NCBI GenBank assembly: GCA_049303835.1
Contig: JBAQNN010000003.1
Location: 192,769 to 256,768, forward strand
DNA: 64,000 nt
DNA from: Minisyncoccia bacterium
GTDB lineage: Bacteria > Patescibacteriota > Minisyncoccia > Phycocordibacterales > UBA9973
Reading direction: 5' to 3'
The stretch's first letter is position 1, and the number at the start of each line of letters is the position of its first letter. The notes below the pieces were generated by a model that did no database searches, was not told the origin of the DNA, and saw nothing but the letters and a program-made list of their open reading frames with translations. Of the stretch, positions 10,733 to 20,888 are shown piece after piece. Both the position numbers and the translations under genes were made by a program.

Positions 10733-11752
10733 TTAGATATTGAATAATGGACTAATAATGCCTAATCCGGCGAGCCCCGCCAATAACGCAAATATACCCA
10801 GACCCACAACCACCACTCCTGCGGACTTAAAGAAAAGCGGAGCGTATTTTGAATGGGCAAAAGATGCTGACCCAAAGGATAACAATGATAACATCGGCAA
10901 CGTACCAAGAGCAAAAGCAAACATAATGAGTAGTCCTGACATAAATGACCCACTCCCGAGAGCAGAGACCTGCATTGATTGAGTAAAGCCACAAGGCAAA
11001 AAGAATGTCCCAAAACCGATAACAATAGGAGTCAGAGTTTTATGCTCAATTTTTCTGAAAACAGAAGAAATTTTTTGAAAAATTCCAGAAGGTAACGTAA
11101 TTTTATTTTTGGCAAACACTCCGACTAAATTTAAACCCAAGAACAACATAACTAAAGATGCTACCAATCCCAATATTGCAGTAAAAGTAAAATTAATACC
11201 GATGACATTGCCTAATGCACCCAACCCTCCGCCCAAGACAGCAAAACTAAAAAGTCTTCCAAAGTGAAAAAGTAAAAAATTCTTTTTGTCTCCCACCTCA
11301 TCTTGAGAAACCTTCGCCGAAAGCGATAAAACCAATCCACCAACAACAGCCAGGCAGCTGGAAACAGACGCGATCAATCCGATAATGAAACTCGTGACAG
11401 GAGTAGTTTGCCCACCGATACTCAGATTGAGAATCCCTGATTTTTGCAACATAAAAAATAACACGAGAAAAACGAGACCGATAGGTATCGCCTTCCAGAT
11501 GACATCATCGTCACCTTCTGCGGTAATCGTTTTTTCTACCGAGAGAATATAGCCGTTTCCTTTTATTTTACTTGTAAGGGTAGCAGCCACCTCTTCAGCA
11601 TTTTGCTCGCTGTCAGTTTCTATTTCTACAATTTCTTTTTTTAAGTCAACTTGAACATTTTTTACAAAATCTTGCTCGCCCAAAACATCTTCAATTAAGA
11701 TCTTGCATGAAGCACAATGTGTGCCGGAAACATGAAATGTATATTTTTGCAT
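10733..11752 (-). CDS. HMA (MxCxxC) domain fused to DsbD_2/TauE-like multi-TM permease; putative metal-ion transporter
   Basis: N-terminal HVSGTHCASCKILIE metal-binding motif; 6-8 TM segments with conserved Cys in TM helices (SSCLAV, FLPCGF). Confidence 0.55.
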   Translation of the reverse strand: MQKYTFHVSGTHCASCKILIEDVLGEQDFVKNVQVDLKKEIVEIETDSEQNAEEVAATLTSKIKGNGYILSVEKTITAEGDDDVIWKAIPIGLVFLVLFFMLQKSGILNLSIGGQTTPVTSFIIGLIASVSSCLAVVGGLVLSLSAKVSQDEVGDKKNFLLFHFGRLFSFAVLGGGLGALGNVIGINFTFTAILGLVASLVMLFLGLNLVGVFAKNKITLPSGIFQKISSVFRKIEHKTLTPIVIGFGTFFLPCGFTQSMQVSALGSGSFMSGLLIMFAFALGTLPMLSLLSFGSASFAHSKYAPLFFKSAGVVVVGLGIFALLAGLAGLGIISPLFNI

Positions 11753-11757
11753 AATGT

Positions 11758-14049
11758 TTATAATTTTTTACTTTTAATACGAAGTGAATTTCCGACTACT
11801 GAGACGCTAGACATGGCCATAGCAAACCCCGCAAACACGGGAGAAAGAAGCCAGCCAAATATTGGATAAAAAACTCCAGCGGCCAATGGGATACCAACTA
11901 TATTGTAGACGAAAGCCCAGAAAAGATTCTGCTTGATCCCGCGCATAGTCATCTTTGAAAGTTTTATGGCTTTTACTAATTTTGAAATATCCCCGTGCAA
12001 AAGAGTGATTCCGGCTGACTCAATCGCCACATCAGTGCCGGTACCCATGGCGATACCTACATCCGCTTGCGCGAGTGCCGGAGCATCATTTACTCCATCG
12101 CCCGCCATGGCGACGATGTCCCCTTCTTTCTGAAATTCTTTTATCTTGGACAATTTATCTGCCGGCAATACGTGCGCCACCACATCATCAATCCCGACCA
12201 ATGAGGCCATATATCTGGCCGCTTTCTCATCGTCCCCAGTAAGCATGACTACTTTGATCCCAAGCTTATGCAAGTCCATTATTGCTTTTTTTGATTCAGC
12301 TTTTATCTCATCCGCCACCGTCACAAAACCCAAAACTTTTTCTGACGTCGCTAAAAGAACAGGGGTCTTACCTTGCGCTGTGTATTGTTCCAATTTTGCA
12401 TCATCAAAAGATAGTCCCAAATCTTGTACAAGTTTCACATTTCCAACAAAATATTCTGCCCCGTTGATTGTTCCCCTTAGTCCTTTGCCTGAAATACTTT
12501 CAAAACTGGAAACATCTTCTATTTTTATATTTTTTCCCAAAGAATAATTAAGGATAGCGTGAGCAATGGGGTGTTCTGATTTTTTTTCAAGCGACGAAAG
12601 AACCGATATAAAATCTTCGTCTTTTAGATTTGAAAAATTTTGAATATCAACTAAAGTCGGTTTGCCTATAGTGATAGTCCCTGTTTTGTCCACCACGACA
12701 GTATTCACTTTATGTAATTTTTCTAAAGTAGCCGCGTCTTTGATCAAGATTCCTTCTTTCGCGCCCTTGCCTACTCCTACGATTATGGCAGTCGGGGTGG
12801 CTAATCCAAGTGCACAAGGACAAGCGATAACCAAAATGCCTACAAAGGACACAAGCCCGAACGAAAGTGCTTGTGAAAATCCGAGATATTGAGTACCTAT
12901 CAACAGCCAAGCACCGAGAGTAATAAAAGAAATTACAAGCACGATGGGCACAAAAATACTTGATATTTTATCGGCTAGAGCCTGTATCGGAGCCCGACTA
13001 CCTTGCGCTTCTTCCACCATTTTAATGATTTGCGCCAATAATGTTTCTCCGCCGACCTTCGTGGCCTTGAAGGTAAACGACCCCGTTTTGTTTAAAGTGG
13101 CTGCTACCACACTGTCCCCAATCTCTTTGCCAACCGGCATTGGTTCTCCTGTCACCATTGATTCATCAACAAATGATTTCCCTTCAACAACCACTCCGTC
13201 AACAGGAATTTTAGCCCCGGGTTTTACAATAATTAAATCACCGTGTTTTACTTCACCTACTGGAATTTCTATTTCTTTTCCATCACGGATCACTAGAGCG
13301 GTCTTGGCTTGAAGATTTAAAAGTTTTTCAATAGCATCACCAGTTTTTAACTTTGAACGTGCTTCTAAATATTTTCCAAGCGCAATAAAAGTGATGACTA
13401 TAATTGTCACATCATAGTAGGTAGCATCTACGTTTACAAAAGGCTTGAGCACGTCTTCAAAGGCAGTAACTGCAAAACTATATAAAAAAGCAGACAAGGT
13501 TCCTATCCCTATCAAAGTATCCATATTGGCTTTCCCATAACGAAGAAAGCGATAGAAACCGAGCAAATAAGGTTTGCCAACTACAAAAAGCACATAAGTG
13601 GCAAATAAGGGCATTAGGTGATGAAAAAATTCTTCAACAGTAAAACTCATAGTCGGGACTACACTATATTTTCCCAAAATTTCCCAACCCATCACAAAGA
13701 CGCTTATTACAGACAACGGAATGGCTGAAATCACTTTCGTCCGCATTTCCGATATTTCTGTAAGTTTTTCTTTTTTTGATTGATTCAATCCCAGATGTTC
13801 GGCATGTTCATTTTCGCTCATCCCCATTTCACCGGCAGTGGGTAATACCAAAGAGTATCCAAAAGGTTCTATCCCTTGAGATAATTTTTCAGGACTTGTC
13901 TTGGTGGCATCAAAACTTACTTTTACAGATTCATTCCCATAGTTCGCTTCCGCTACTTCAACACCATCAACCTTTTTAAAAGTTTTTTCTATTATGTTCG
14001 CACAGGAAGCGCAGTGCATTCCCTTTATTTTGTAAGTCTTGGTTTGCAT
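11758..14049 (-). CDS. copA: Copper-translocating P1B-type ATPase
   Basis: N-terminal [16 protein letters not shown] motif, CPC motif ([11 protein letters not shown]), DKTGTIT phosphorylation site, [10 protein letters not shown] hinge. Confidence 0.9.
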   Translation of the reverse strand: MQTKTYKIKGMHCASCANIIEKTFKKVDGVEVAEANYGNESVKVSFDATKTSPEKLSQGIEPFGYSLVLPTAGEMGMSENEHAEHLGLNQSKKEKLTEISEMRTKVISAIPLSVISVFVMGWEILGKYSVVPTMSFTVEEFFHHLMPLFATYVLFVVGKPYLLGFYRFLRYGKANMDTLIGIGTLSAFLYSFAVTAFEDVLKPFVNVDATYYDVTIIVITFIALGKYLEARSKLKTGDAIEKLLNLQAKTALVIRDGKEIEIPVGEVKHGDLIIVKPGAKIPVDGVVVEGKSFVDESMVTGEPMPVGKEIGDSVVAATLNKTGSFTFKATKVGGETLLAQIIKMVEEAQGSRAPIQALADKISSIFVPIVLVISFITLGAWLLIGTQYLGFSQALSFGLVSFVGILVIACPCALGLATPTAIIVGVGKGAKEGILIKDAATLEKLHKVNTVVVDKTGTITIGKPTLVDIQNFSNLKDEDFISVLSSLEKKSEHPIAHAILNYSLGKNIKIEDVSSFESISGKGLRGTINGAEYFVGNVKLVQDLGLSFDDAKLEQYTAQGKTPVLLATSEKVLGFVTVADEIKAESKKAIMDLHKLGIKVVMLTGDDEKAARYMASLVGIDDVVAHVLPADKLSKIKEFQKEGDIVAMAGDGVNDAPALAQADVGIAMGTGTDVAIESAGITLLHGDISKLVKAIKLSKMTMRGIKQNLFWAFVYNIVGIPLAAGVFYPIFGWLLSPVFAGFAMAMSSVSVVGNSLRIKSKKL

Positions 14050-14054
14050 AAGTT

Positions 14055-14321
14055 TTATTTTCTCTTTAATTTATAAACTTTCAAAATCTCGGTTATCGCC
14101 TTGCCGGTTTCTCCCATTTTTATCTGATGAATGGCATGGGTAGAAAGATGGTTTTCTAAAATCAGATCCTCCACACCTGAAAGCGCTTTTTTCACCGCGC
14201 CGGTTTGGGTGATGATATCAATACAATATTTTTCTTTTTCCACCATTTCTTGCAGTCCCCTGATTTGGCCCTCAATAATCTTGAGACGTCTCAAGGACTT
14301 ACTTTTTATTTCATGTTTCAT
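14055..14321 (-). CDS. csoR: CsoR/RcnR-family metal-sensing transcriptional repressor
   Basis: 88 aa; conserved Cys (YCIDII) and H...H positions of the CsoR W-X-Y-Z fingerprint; first gene of copper operon. Confidence 0.8.
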   Translation of the reverse strand: MKHEIKSKSLRRLKIIEGQIRGLQEMVEKEKYCIDIITQTGAVKKALSGVEDLILENHLSTHAIHQIKMGETGKAITEILKVYKLKRK

Positions 14322-14330
14322 ATCTAAAGT

Positions 14331-14351
14331 ATATACCCCTGGGGGGTATAT
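14331..14351. promoter_or_regulatory. CsoR-type operator: palindrome ATATACCCC-T-GGGGGGTATAT about 10 nt upstream of csoR start
   Basis: Perfect GC-core inverted repeat read directly; matches the known CsoR operator architecture (TACCC...GGGTA). Confidence 0.7.
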
Positions 14352-14402
14352 GTCAAGCAGGGAGTTATCCCCCCCAAAAAAACAGGTTTAGAAGCAAAAG
14401 AA

Positions 14403-15815
14403 CTACTCGTCTAGGATATCAAAATCATCTGCCGGTGTTTTAGACACATTTTTATGTCGTCTTATAAAATAAACACCGCCCGCTGAAATTCCTATAAAAA
14501 CAAGGAAAATAATAGGAACAACCAATGACCGAGGGCTAGAATCATCCTTATTCTCTCCAAATATTGGGGTAGCCACTAAATTTTCCGAAAAAGAATCATC
14601 AACAGCGACATCAACTCTCTTCGCCACCGAAGAGGGTTCCTTCTTTGTGACAACTTTAACCGGAGCAACAAGATACGAATAACTAGAAACCAACTCCCTC
14701 TGTGGGGTCATCAATTTCAAAGTGTTTTTATCTTCAATAGAAAAACCACTGACTTTTGGCGAGATAATCATCTTTTTATTTGACAACAAAGTTGTATTTC
14801 TTGGTAAAGTAAAAACTTTGTAGTCACTTAAAAGTACCCAATTTGAAAGATCAGCTTCGTGCTCTGTCGCGTTTGTTATCTCTATAAAAAAATCGTTTGC
14901 TTCCCCCACTTTAGAAATTAAAATTTTGGGTTCAAGTACTTTGATCGTAATTTCAGTTGTTGCATCTGGGACATCCGCAAAACTATCTGGGTAATATTCA
15001 AAAGTTACAGTGTAATCACCTGGATAAAAATAAGTATGGGTAAATTTCTCATTATTGGTTACTTTTACTTCCCTAAAGTCCCCGTCTCCAAAATTCCAAT
15101 AATATCTTCCATGAGACAGCTTTTCCCCTAATGTCCCAGTACCTGTTCCTTGAATTGCAAAAGGAACACCGATATGAGCAAGTTTAGTGGAAATTATTTG
15201 AATTTTTGGTCTTTGAAGTTTTTGAGATACTCGTTTTTCCGATTCAGGTTCTTCTTCGTCATTTTCACCTGCAGCATCATTTTCATCAGCAGCATCATTT
15301 TCATCTTCATTATTTGATCCTCCTGAAGAAAGTTGGTTGACAGTTCCTCGCGTTGGGCCAGACACAACCCAGGAATTTCCATTTTTTTGTATACTTTTTC
15401 CTTCTGCTGGATTTGATACTGTGCTACAATTTTCCCCCCAACAAACTAAATCTACTATTTCCCCGGCTGTATTTTTTATCTGTATTGTGTTTGATTCAGT
15501 GAGAGTAAGTGTTTCCAAAACAATATCAGAATTACTAAAAGAAGTCCTAGAAATTATAAAATAACCCTGTGCAGCAATCGTCTTCCCCTCAAAATTTGGT
15601 TTTGAAACCAATGAACTAAAAGTAGCTCCCTCCAAAGTTTTTCTTTGAATGTACCAACCAGTCAATTCAACTGCTTCAGTTGAAGTATTATAAAGTTCTA
15701 AAAATCTTTCTCCTGTGGGAGACAATTGAACCTCATTTATGATGACTTCCGCTTGTGCTAAATTAAAACTGGACAAAAAGATCAACACCAAAATCAAAGT
15801 TAGTTTTTTAGACAT
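14403..15815 (-). CDS. Cell-surface protein with two lamin-tail (LTD) domains, acidic ENDA repeat linker and C-terminal TM anchor
   Basis: Signal peptide; VIINEV...ELYN...LTGW LTD signature twice; NNEDENDAADENDAAGENDEEE linker; C-terminal hydrophobic helix + RRHK. Confidence 0.55.
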   Translation of the reverse strand: MSKKLTLILVLIFLSSFNLAQAEVIINEVQLSPTGERFLELYNTSTEAVELTGWYIQRKTLEGATFSSLVSKPNFEGKTIAAQGYFIISRTSFSNSDIVLETLTLTESNTIQIKNTAGEIVDLVCWGENCSTVSNPAEGKSIQKNGNSWVVSGPTRGTVNQLSSGGSNNEDENDAADENDAAGENDEEEPESEKRVSQKLQRPKIQIISTKLAHIGVPFAIQGTGTGTLGEKLSHGRYYWNFGDGDFREVKVTNNEKFTHTYFYPGDYTVTFEYYPDSFADVPDATTEITIKVLEPKILISKVGEANDFFIEITNATEHEADLSNWVLLSDYKVFTLPRNTTLLSNKKMIISPKVSGFSIEDKNTLKLMTPQRELVSSYSYLVAPVKVVTKKEPSSVAKRVDVAVDDSFSENLVATPIFGENKDDSSPRSLVVPIIFLVFIGISAGGVYFIRRHKNVSKTPADDFDILDE

Positions 15816-15859
15816 AAATTAATTTTATATTTTAAAAGATAATATGTTATAATATTAAC

Positions 15860-16861
15860 ATGGATAAAAATGATAACACAATAGATTTCTTGTCAATTGG
15901 AGACATCGTCACAGATGCTTTTATAAAATTAAAACAAGCAAAAGTCCAAGGGGCTCCTGATAGTGAAAGTTATGAAATATGCGTACCCTTTGCTGACAAA
16001 ATACCTTACGAAGAAGTAATTGTGGTTCCGGCAGTGGGAAATGCCGCCAACGCCGCAGTCTCCGCATCACTACTCGGACTTAAATCTGCGTTACTCTCAA
16101 ATATTGGAGACGATAAAGAGGGAGAAGATTGTTTGAACGCTCTTAAAAAAGCGGGAATAAACACGGACCTAATAAAAATCAATCCTGGAATAAAAACAAA
16201 TTATCACTATGTTTTATGGTATGGATCCGATAGAACTATTTTAATCAAACATGAATCTTACCCATACATTCTTCCGGAAATAAACAATCCAAAATGGATT
16301 TATTTCAGTTCAGTAAGCGAGTCTGCTTTCCCTTTCCACTACACCGTAGCAGATTATCTTGATGATCATCCGAATACAAAATTAGCTTTCCAGCCAGGGA
16401 AAAATGAGATTAAACTGGGAAAGGAAAAGCTACAGAGATTGTATAAACATGCAAAAATATTCTTCTGCAATGTAGAAGAAGCAAAAAAGATATTGGGGCT
16501 AGATAGTCTGGAAATAAAAGATTTACTTACAAAAGTTCATGATCTGGGCCCGGAGATTGTAGTGGTCACGGATGGACCAAAGGGTGCCTATGCTTACGAT
16601 GGCAATGAATATTTGTTTATACCTCCTTATCCGGATTCCAACCCCCCTTACGACCGCACAGGAGCCGGAGACGCTTTCGCCTCTACGGTGGTCTCTGCAA
16701 TTATTTCAGGAAAAACTCTTCCAGAAGCTCTCGCTTGGGCCGGAATCAATTCTATGTCCGTAGTTCAAGAAATCGGCGCCCAAAAAGGTCTCCTCCCTCG
16801 CGAGAAAATAGAAGAGTATTTGTCCCAAGCTCCGGAGAGTTATAAAGTAAAACAAATTTAA
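15860..16861 (+). CDS. PfkB-family carbohydrate kinase (ribokinase-like)
   Basis: N-terminal GD..D motif and C-terminal DRTGAGDAF anion-hole motif. Confidence 0.75.
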   Translation: MDKNDNTIDFLSIGDIVTDAFIKLKQAKVQGAPDSESYEICVPFADKIPYEEVIVVPAVGNAANAAVSASLLGLKSALLSNIGDDKEGEDCLNALKKAGINTDLIKINPGIKTNYHYVLWYGSDRTILIKHESYPYILPEINNPKWIYFSSVSESAFPFHYTVADYLDDHPNTKLAFQPGKNEIKLGKEKLQRLYKHAKIFFCNVEEAKKILGLDSLEIKDLLTKVHDLGPEIVVVTDGPKGAYAYDGNEYLFIPPYPDSNPPYDRTGAGDAFASTVVSAIISGKTLPEALAWAGINSMSVVQEIGAQKGLLPREKIEEYLSQAPESYKVKQI

Positions 16862-17856
16862 ATTTTTCTTTTTAAAACTTTTTTTACCGCCTCTTTGATG
16901 GCATCTTTTCCCATACCGTAATGTTCTATTAGTTCATCCGGTGTGCCTGATTGGCCAAATTTATCTTTCACTCCGATAAATTCTATCGGCACCGGAAAAT
17001 TTTGCGCCAACACTTCCGCCACAGCCGAACCCATACCCCCGGCAATTTGGTGTTCTTCTACGGTCACTATCGCTTTGGTTTCTTTTGCTAAAGCCAAAAT
17101 CGCTTCGGTATCTAGTGGTTTTATGGAAGCCAGATTCATTACTTTTGTTTTAACACCCTCAGCTTCTAGCTCTTTCGCCACGAGCAGAGCGCGATACATT
17201 AGTCCTCCGGTTACGATTATTCCAACTTGTGCCATGCCTACATCCGGCATCCAAAAAATTTCTGCTTTATTTATATCAAAAGGAGTTTCTTCGGTGGTAA
17301 TGATAGGAGTCTTTTCACGAACAAGTCTCAGGTAAGCTGGTCTTTTTGTATCAACTAAAGCCTGCGTTGCCTTTTTTGCTTCTATCGCGTCACAAGGAGA
17401 AACCACGTCCATGTTTGGCATTACCCTCATCAGCGCAATGTCTTCAAGAGCCTGATGCGTTCCGCCATCAGGGCCGACAGAAATACCAGAATGCGAACCG
17501 ACTATCACCACCTTGCGATCATTATAGGCAATTGTCGTTCTGATTTGTTCCCAATTTCTCCCCGGAGAGAACATGGCATAAGATGAACAAAAAGGAATCT
17601 TGCCCATAGCACTCATTCCAGACGCCACTGTCACTAAATTTTGTTCAGCGACTCCAATCTGTACAAATCTATCCGGAAATTTATTTGCAAATAAATTCAT
17701 TTGGGTGCTTTCCGTTAAATCCGCACAGAGTCCCACTACTTTTTCATTTTTCTCTCCCGCTAGCAACAAGCCTTGTCCAAAACCTTTTCGGATCGGTACC
17801 TGCTCCACATCTGGGTTAAAAATTTTGGGGTTTAATTTTAATTTTGGGTTTAACAT
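16858..17856 (-). CDS. Transketolase, C-terminal (pyrimidine-binding) subunit; start reassigned to MLNPKLKL
   Basis: Track ORF has a 16-aa N-terminal extension overlapping the upstream gene; body matches Tkt Pyr/C-terminal domains. Confidence 0.85.
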   Translation of the reverse strand: MLNPKLKLNPKIFNPDVEQVPIRKGFGQGLLLAGEKNEKVVGLCADLTESTQMNLFANKFPDRFVQIGVAEQNLVTVASGMSAMGKIPFCSSYAMFSPGRNWEQIRTTIAYNDRKVVIVGSHSGISVGPDGGTHQALEDIALMRVMPNMDVVSPCDAIEAKKATQALVDTKRPAYLRLVREKTPIITTEETPFDINKAEIFWMPDVGMAQVGIIVTGGLMYRALLVAKELEAEGVKTKVMNLASIKPLDTEAILALAKETKAIVTVEEHQIAGGMGSAVAEVLAQNFPVPIEFIGVKDKFGQSGTPDELIEHYGMGKDAIKEAVKKVLKRKI

Positions 17857-17857
17857 T

Positions 17858-18721
17858 TTATTTTCCTTCGCTTTTAATTTTACCACCCAGGGTGCGCAGT
17901 TCATCTAGCGCCATTTTGGCTTCTTCTTTACTTGGCGGTTTACCGTGCCATTTGTAATCTCTCTCAAATTCTTTTACTCCTTTACCCGGTATCGTATGTG
18001 CGATAATCACAGTCGGCTTTTCATATATAGCTTGTGCTTCTTCTACCACTTCATTCAAAGACCTAAAATCATGCCCAGAAACTTCTATCACATGCCAATT
18101 GAAGGCTTTCCATTTTGAATGAAACGGTTCAAGTGGCATCACATCTTCGGTGTATCCCTCAATCTGAATATTGTTTCTATCTACTACGGCAATCAAATTT
18201 CTTAATTTGTGTTTCCCGGCAAGCATCATTGCTTCCCAAGTATTGCCTTCGTTCATTTCTCCATCAGACATAAAGCAATACACAAATCGTGTTTTGTCTT
18301 TTTTATCAATCTTGTCCGCCAAGGCCATACCAACTCCCTGTGAAAGCCCGGAACCAAGTGGGCCAGAACTATTCTCAAGCCAAGGCATATATTCCCGATG
18401 CGGGTGACCTTGGAGCCTCGTGCCGAACTTTCGCAAGGTTTTTAATTCTTTCACCGGAAAATATCCCGCATGCGCCATGGTTGCATAAAGTACTGGACAG
18501 ATATGTCCATTGCTAAGCACCACCCTGTCTCTGTCTTCTAAAGTCGGATTTTTGGGATCATGTTTTAAAATATGAAAATAAAAAAGCGCGAAAATATCCG
18601 CCATACCAAGCGGTCCGGCCGTGTGTCCGCTTCCCGCCTCTACTAACATTTCAATAATACTCTCCCTGATATCGTTCGCTTTGATTTCAAGCTCTTTTAT
18701 TTTTTCTTCAGTTAAACGCAT
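17858..18721 (-). CDS. Transketolase, N-terminal (TPP-binding) subunit; start reassigned to MRLTEEKIKEL
   Basis: GSGHTAGPLGMAD, GHPHRE, SDGEMNEGNTWEA TPP-binding motifs; split tkt is typical of archaea/CPR. Confidence 0.85.
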   Translation of the reverse strand: MRLTEEKIKELEIKANDIRESIIEMLVEAGSGHTAGPLGMADIFALFYFHILKHDPKNPTLEDRDRVVLSNGHICPVLYATMAHAGYFPVKELKTLRKFGTRLQGHPHREYMPWLENSSGPLGSGLSQGVGMALADKIDKKDKTRFVYCFMSDGEMNEGNTWEAMMLAGKHKLRNLIAVVDRNNIQIEGYTEDVMPLEPFHSKWKAFNWHVIEVSGHDFRSLNEVVEEAQAIYEKPTVIIAHTIPGKGVKEFERDYKWHGKPPSKEEAKMALDELRTLGGKIKSEGK

Positions 18722-18729
18722 TAGTATAA

Positions 18730-19428
18730 TTATACCAAACTTTGAAAAGTTTGGAGAGCTCCGACAGGATCTCCGTTCTTCCAAATACCCGAACCCACAG
18801 CAATTCTATCAACCCCAGCTTCCAACAACTCTTCAATATTTTCCAAAGTGACCCCGCCATCTACCGCTACAACTACTCCCGGTAAATTATTTTTTAGGTA
18901 TTTTATATTATCAATTACTTTTAGATCAAAGCTCTGCCCCTGAAAACCTATTTTTTCTATTCCCATACATTGTAAGAAATCAACCTTTTCTGCCAGTCGT
19001 AAGATTGCCGCCAGATCCTCACTTGGCTTAAAAGCCAGTCCTATTTCTACATTATCCCTGGTGTACATATCTAGCCCATCTAAAAAATGCTCAAAATCTT
19101 TGATACTCCTCTCTGCCCCTAGATGGAAAATGATTCTCTTTGGCCCCAATTTCATATAAATATCAAAATTTTCCACCGCATTTTCCGCCATTAAATCAAA
19201 TTCAAAGTCAAATTCATCCCAAAATGGTAAGCCTTCTTCTTCATTTAAAATTTTACTGAAGTCATAATCATTCCACCCGCCGGTTGCAAAAGGCCAAGTC
19301 TGATTGTGTACAAAATTACCGTCGCAAAAATCCAACTGCACACATTTCGTCCGTCCACGCAGAAAAGTAAGTTTATTTTTTATTTCACTATAATTTTTTT
19401 CTAAAATTGCGGGAACTATTTCAGCCAT
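18730..19428 (-). CDS. rpe: Ribulose-phosphate 3-epimerase-like (TIM barrel)
   Basis: RPE-family length and VDGGV...motif; operon context rpiB-rpe-tkt. Confidence 0.7.
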   Translation of the reverse strand: MAEIVPAILEKNYSEIKNKLTFLRGRTKCVQLDFCDGNFVHNQTWPFATGGWNDYDFSKILNEEEGLPFWDEFDFEFDLMAENAVENFDIYMKLGPKRIIFHLGAERSIKDFEHFLDGLDMYTRDNVEIGLAFKPSEDLAAILRLAEKVDFLQCMGIEKIGFQGQSFDLKVIDNIKYLKNNLPGVVVAVDGGVTLENIEELLEAGVDRIAVGSGIWKNGDPVGALQTFQSLV

Positions 19429-19440
19429 ATTATTAATAAA

Positions 19441-19929
19441 TTAGAATTTATTAAGTCTTCTAACATGCCTTTCTTCATTTTTAAATTTGGTTTTAAGAAA
19501 AAGCTCCACAGCAAATTTAATCTGATCATCCGATAAAAATCTAACACCCAGAGACAAAACATTTGCATTATTATGCAAACGAGCTAGTTTGACCATCTCA
19601 AAAGAGTCCACACTATTGTGGCCTTTTATATCTACCGCTTCATCCGGCAATGCTTCTCCATAGAATACAGCTGCCCGTACTCCTTCCGTCCTATTTGCAC
19701 ACATCGCCTCCCCTTGCCCGGAACCTCCTAAAACAATCCCCATACTCTCTTCATTTTGAGCCACAGCTTCTGCCACTCCTTTCACAAAATCTGGATAATC
19801 ATCGTCCGCATCGTATTTTAAAGCACCCCTATCCTCTACCTCATATCCAAGTTCTAGCTCGGTCAAATATTTTTTTAATTTTTCTTTTATTTCATATCCC
19901 GTATGATCCGAACCAATGTAAATTTTCAT
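19441..19929 (-). CDS. rpiB: Ribose-5-phosphate isomerase B
   Basis: MKIYIGSDHTGYE...GIVLGGSGQGEAMCANR RpiB/LacAB signature. Confidence 0.9.
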   Translation of the reverse strand: MKIYIGSDHTGYEIKEKLKKYLTELELGYEVEDRGALKYDADDDYPDFVKGVAEAVAQNEESMGIVLGGSGQGEAMCANRTEGVRAAVFYGEALPDEAVDIKGHNSVDSFEMVKLARLHNNANVLSLGVRFLSDDQIKFAVELFLKTKFKNEERHVRRLNKF

Positions 19930-19972
19930 ATAGTATTATTATACAACATTTTTTAAAAATAGAGCATGAGTT

Positions 19973-20632
19973 TTATTCTTTATTTGTTTTTCTGTGTAAA
20001 TCTGAAAATAGAGCTACCGTCTCGGCAAAGTCTTTTTCCGCTACTATAAAAATAAGCTCAGTGGGAGTAGAAACCAACTCTTCTATATTGATACTTGCGC
20101 GAGCGGTGACGGAAAGTAAAGAAAAGAATACATTCGGGGTGCCGAAAACTTCGGGACCATAAGAGACACCGACAGCGGCAAAATTGTGGTTAATAATTTT
20201 TGGTTTTATTTTAAAATGTTTTAACACTTTATTTTCTAGATTAGAAGAGCAAATAATATCTATCTCTCTTGTGCCGATGGTCGTCGTAAAAAAATCATCT
20301 TGCGACACAGAAATATTTTGATAAAGAGAGTCCAGTTTTTTTATAAATTTATCACTGTTTTCATAAATTATTTCAGAAAGAGGAAGTTTGGTAGTAATAT
20401 TTTTTATCACCACATCATGGATGAGAGGTTTTTCTTTTTTAAATTCTTTTCGTAAACGAGACAGAGACACCACCAAGCTCGTAATGGTCACTTGTTTTTT
20501 AGTAAGTACCTCAACGGCAGGACGTATACGATGCGCATAGCTACTCATATTCATATAGTTATTAGTTAAGGCAAAATATGCTTCTAGCTCACCCATTACT
20601 ATTTCCCGTACGATTGGCTGTATTTTAATCAT
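19973..20632 (-). CDS. Hypothetical protein with two ACT-like regulatory folds
   Basis: C-terminal NFAAVGVSYGPEVFGTPNVFFSLL...INIEEL...LH resembles aspartokinase ACT pattern; weak. Confidence 0.3.
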   Translation of the reverse strand: MIKIQPIVREIVMGELEAYFALTNNYMNMSSYAHRIRPAVEVLTKKQVTITSLVVSLSRLRKEFKKEKPLIHDVVIKNITTKLPLSEIIYENSDKFIKKLDSLYQNISVSQDDFFTTTIGTREIDIICSSNLENKVLKHFKIKPKIINHNFAAVGVSYGPEVFGTPNVFFSLLSVTARASINIEELVSTPTELIFIVAEKDFAETVALFSDLHRKTNKE

Positions 20633-20741
20633 TTTAATATTCTAACAGATTTTACAAAAAGTCCAAATTATTACATTAATGTTAAAAAAGTTAACTTCAA
20701 AAAAACAAAAAGATATGATTAAGGAGAAAGGAGTACCCGCG

Positions 20742-20888
20742 ATGTGTAACCCGATGCCAAAAGAGTGCCCGGAGGAGCTTCGACCCATCGTCGAAGAGAT
20801 TAAGATGAAAACGGGAGAACTGACCAGGGTTCAAACCCAAAACCTGGTCAAGAAACTCCGACAAAACAATCCCTCGACTAACAAATAA
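20742..20888 (+). CDS. GC-rich mini-ORF (48 aa from MCNPMPKECPEE...; track gives longer 20679 start) behind a perfect SD
   Basis: AAGGAGAAAGGAG 8 nt upstream of ATG; codons GC-ending unlike neighbours; followed by poly-C and hairpin. Confidence 0.35.
   Translation: MCNPMPKECPEELRPIVEEIKMKTGELTRVQTQNLVKKLRQNNPSTNK

Noticed and set aside
12146-12547. 133-aa plus-strand ORF inside copA
   Set aside because: Antisense shadow within a well-supported P-type ATPase gene. Several similar track ORFs inside HK, hlyD, dnaE, tkt, GH130 and FG-GAP genes were rejected on the same basis.
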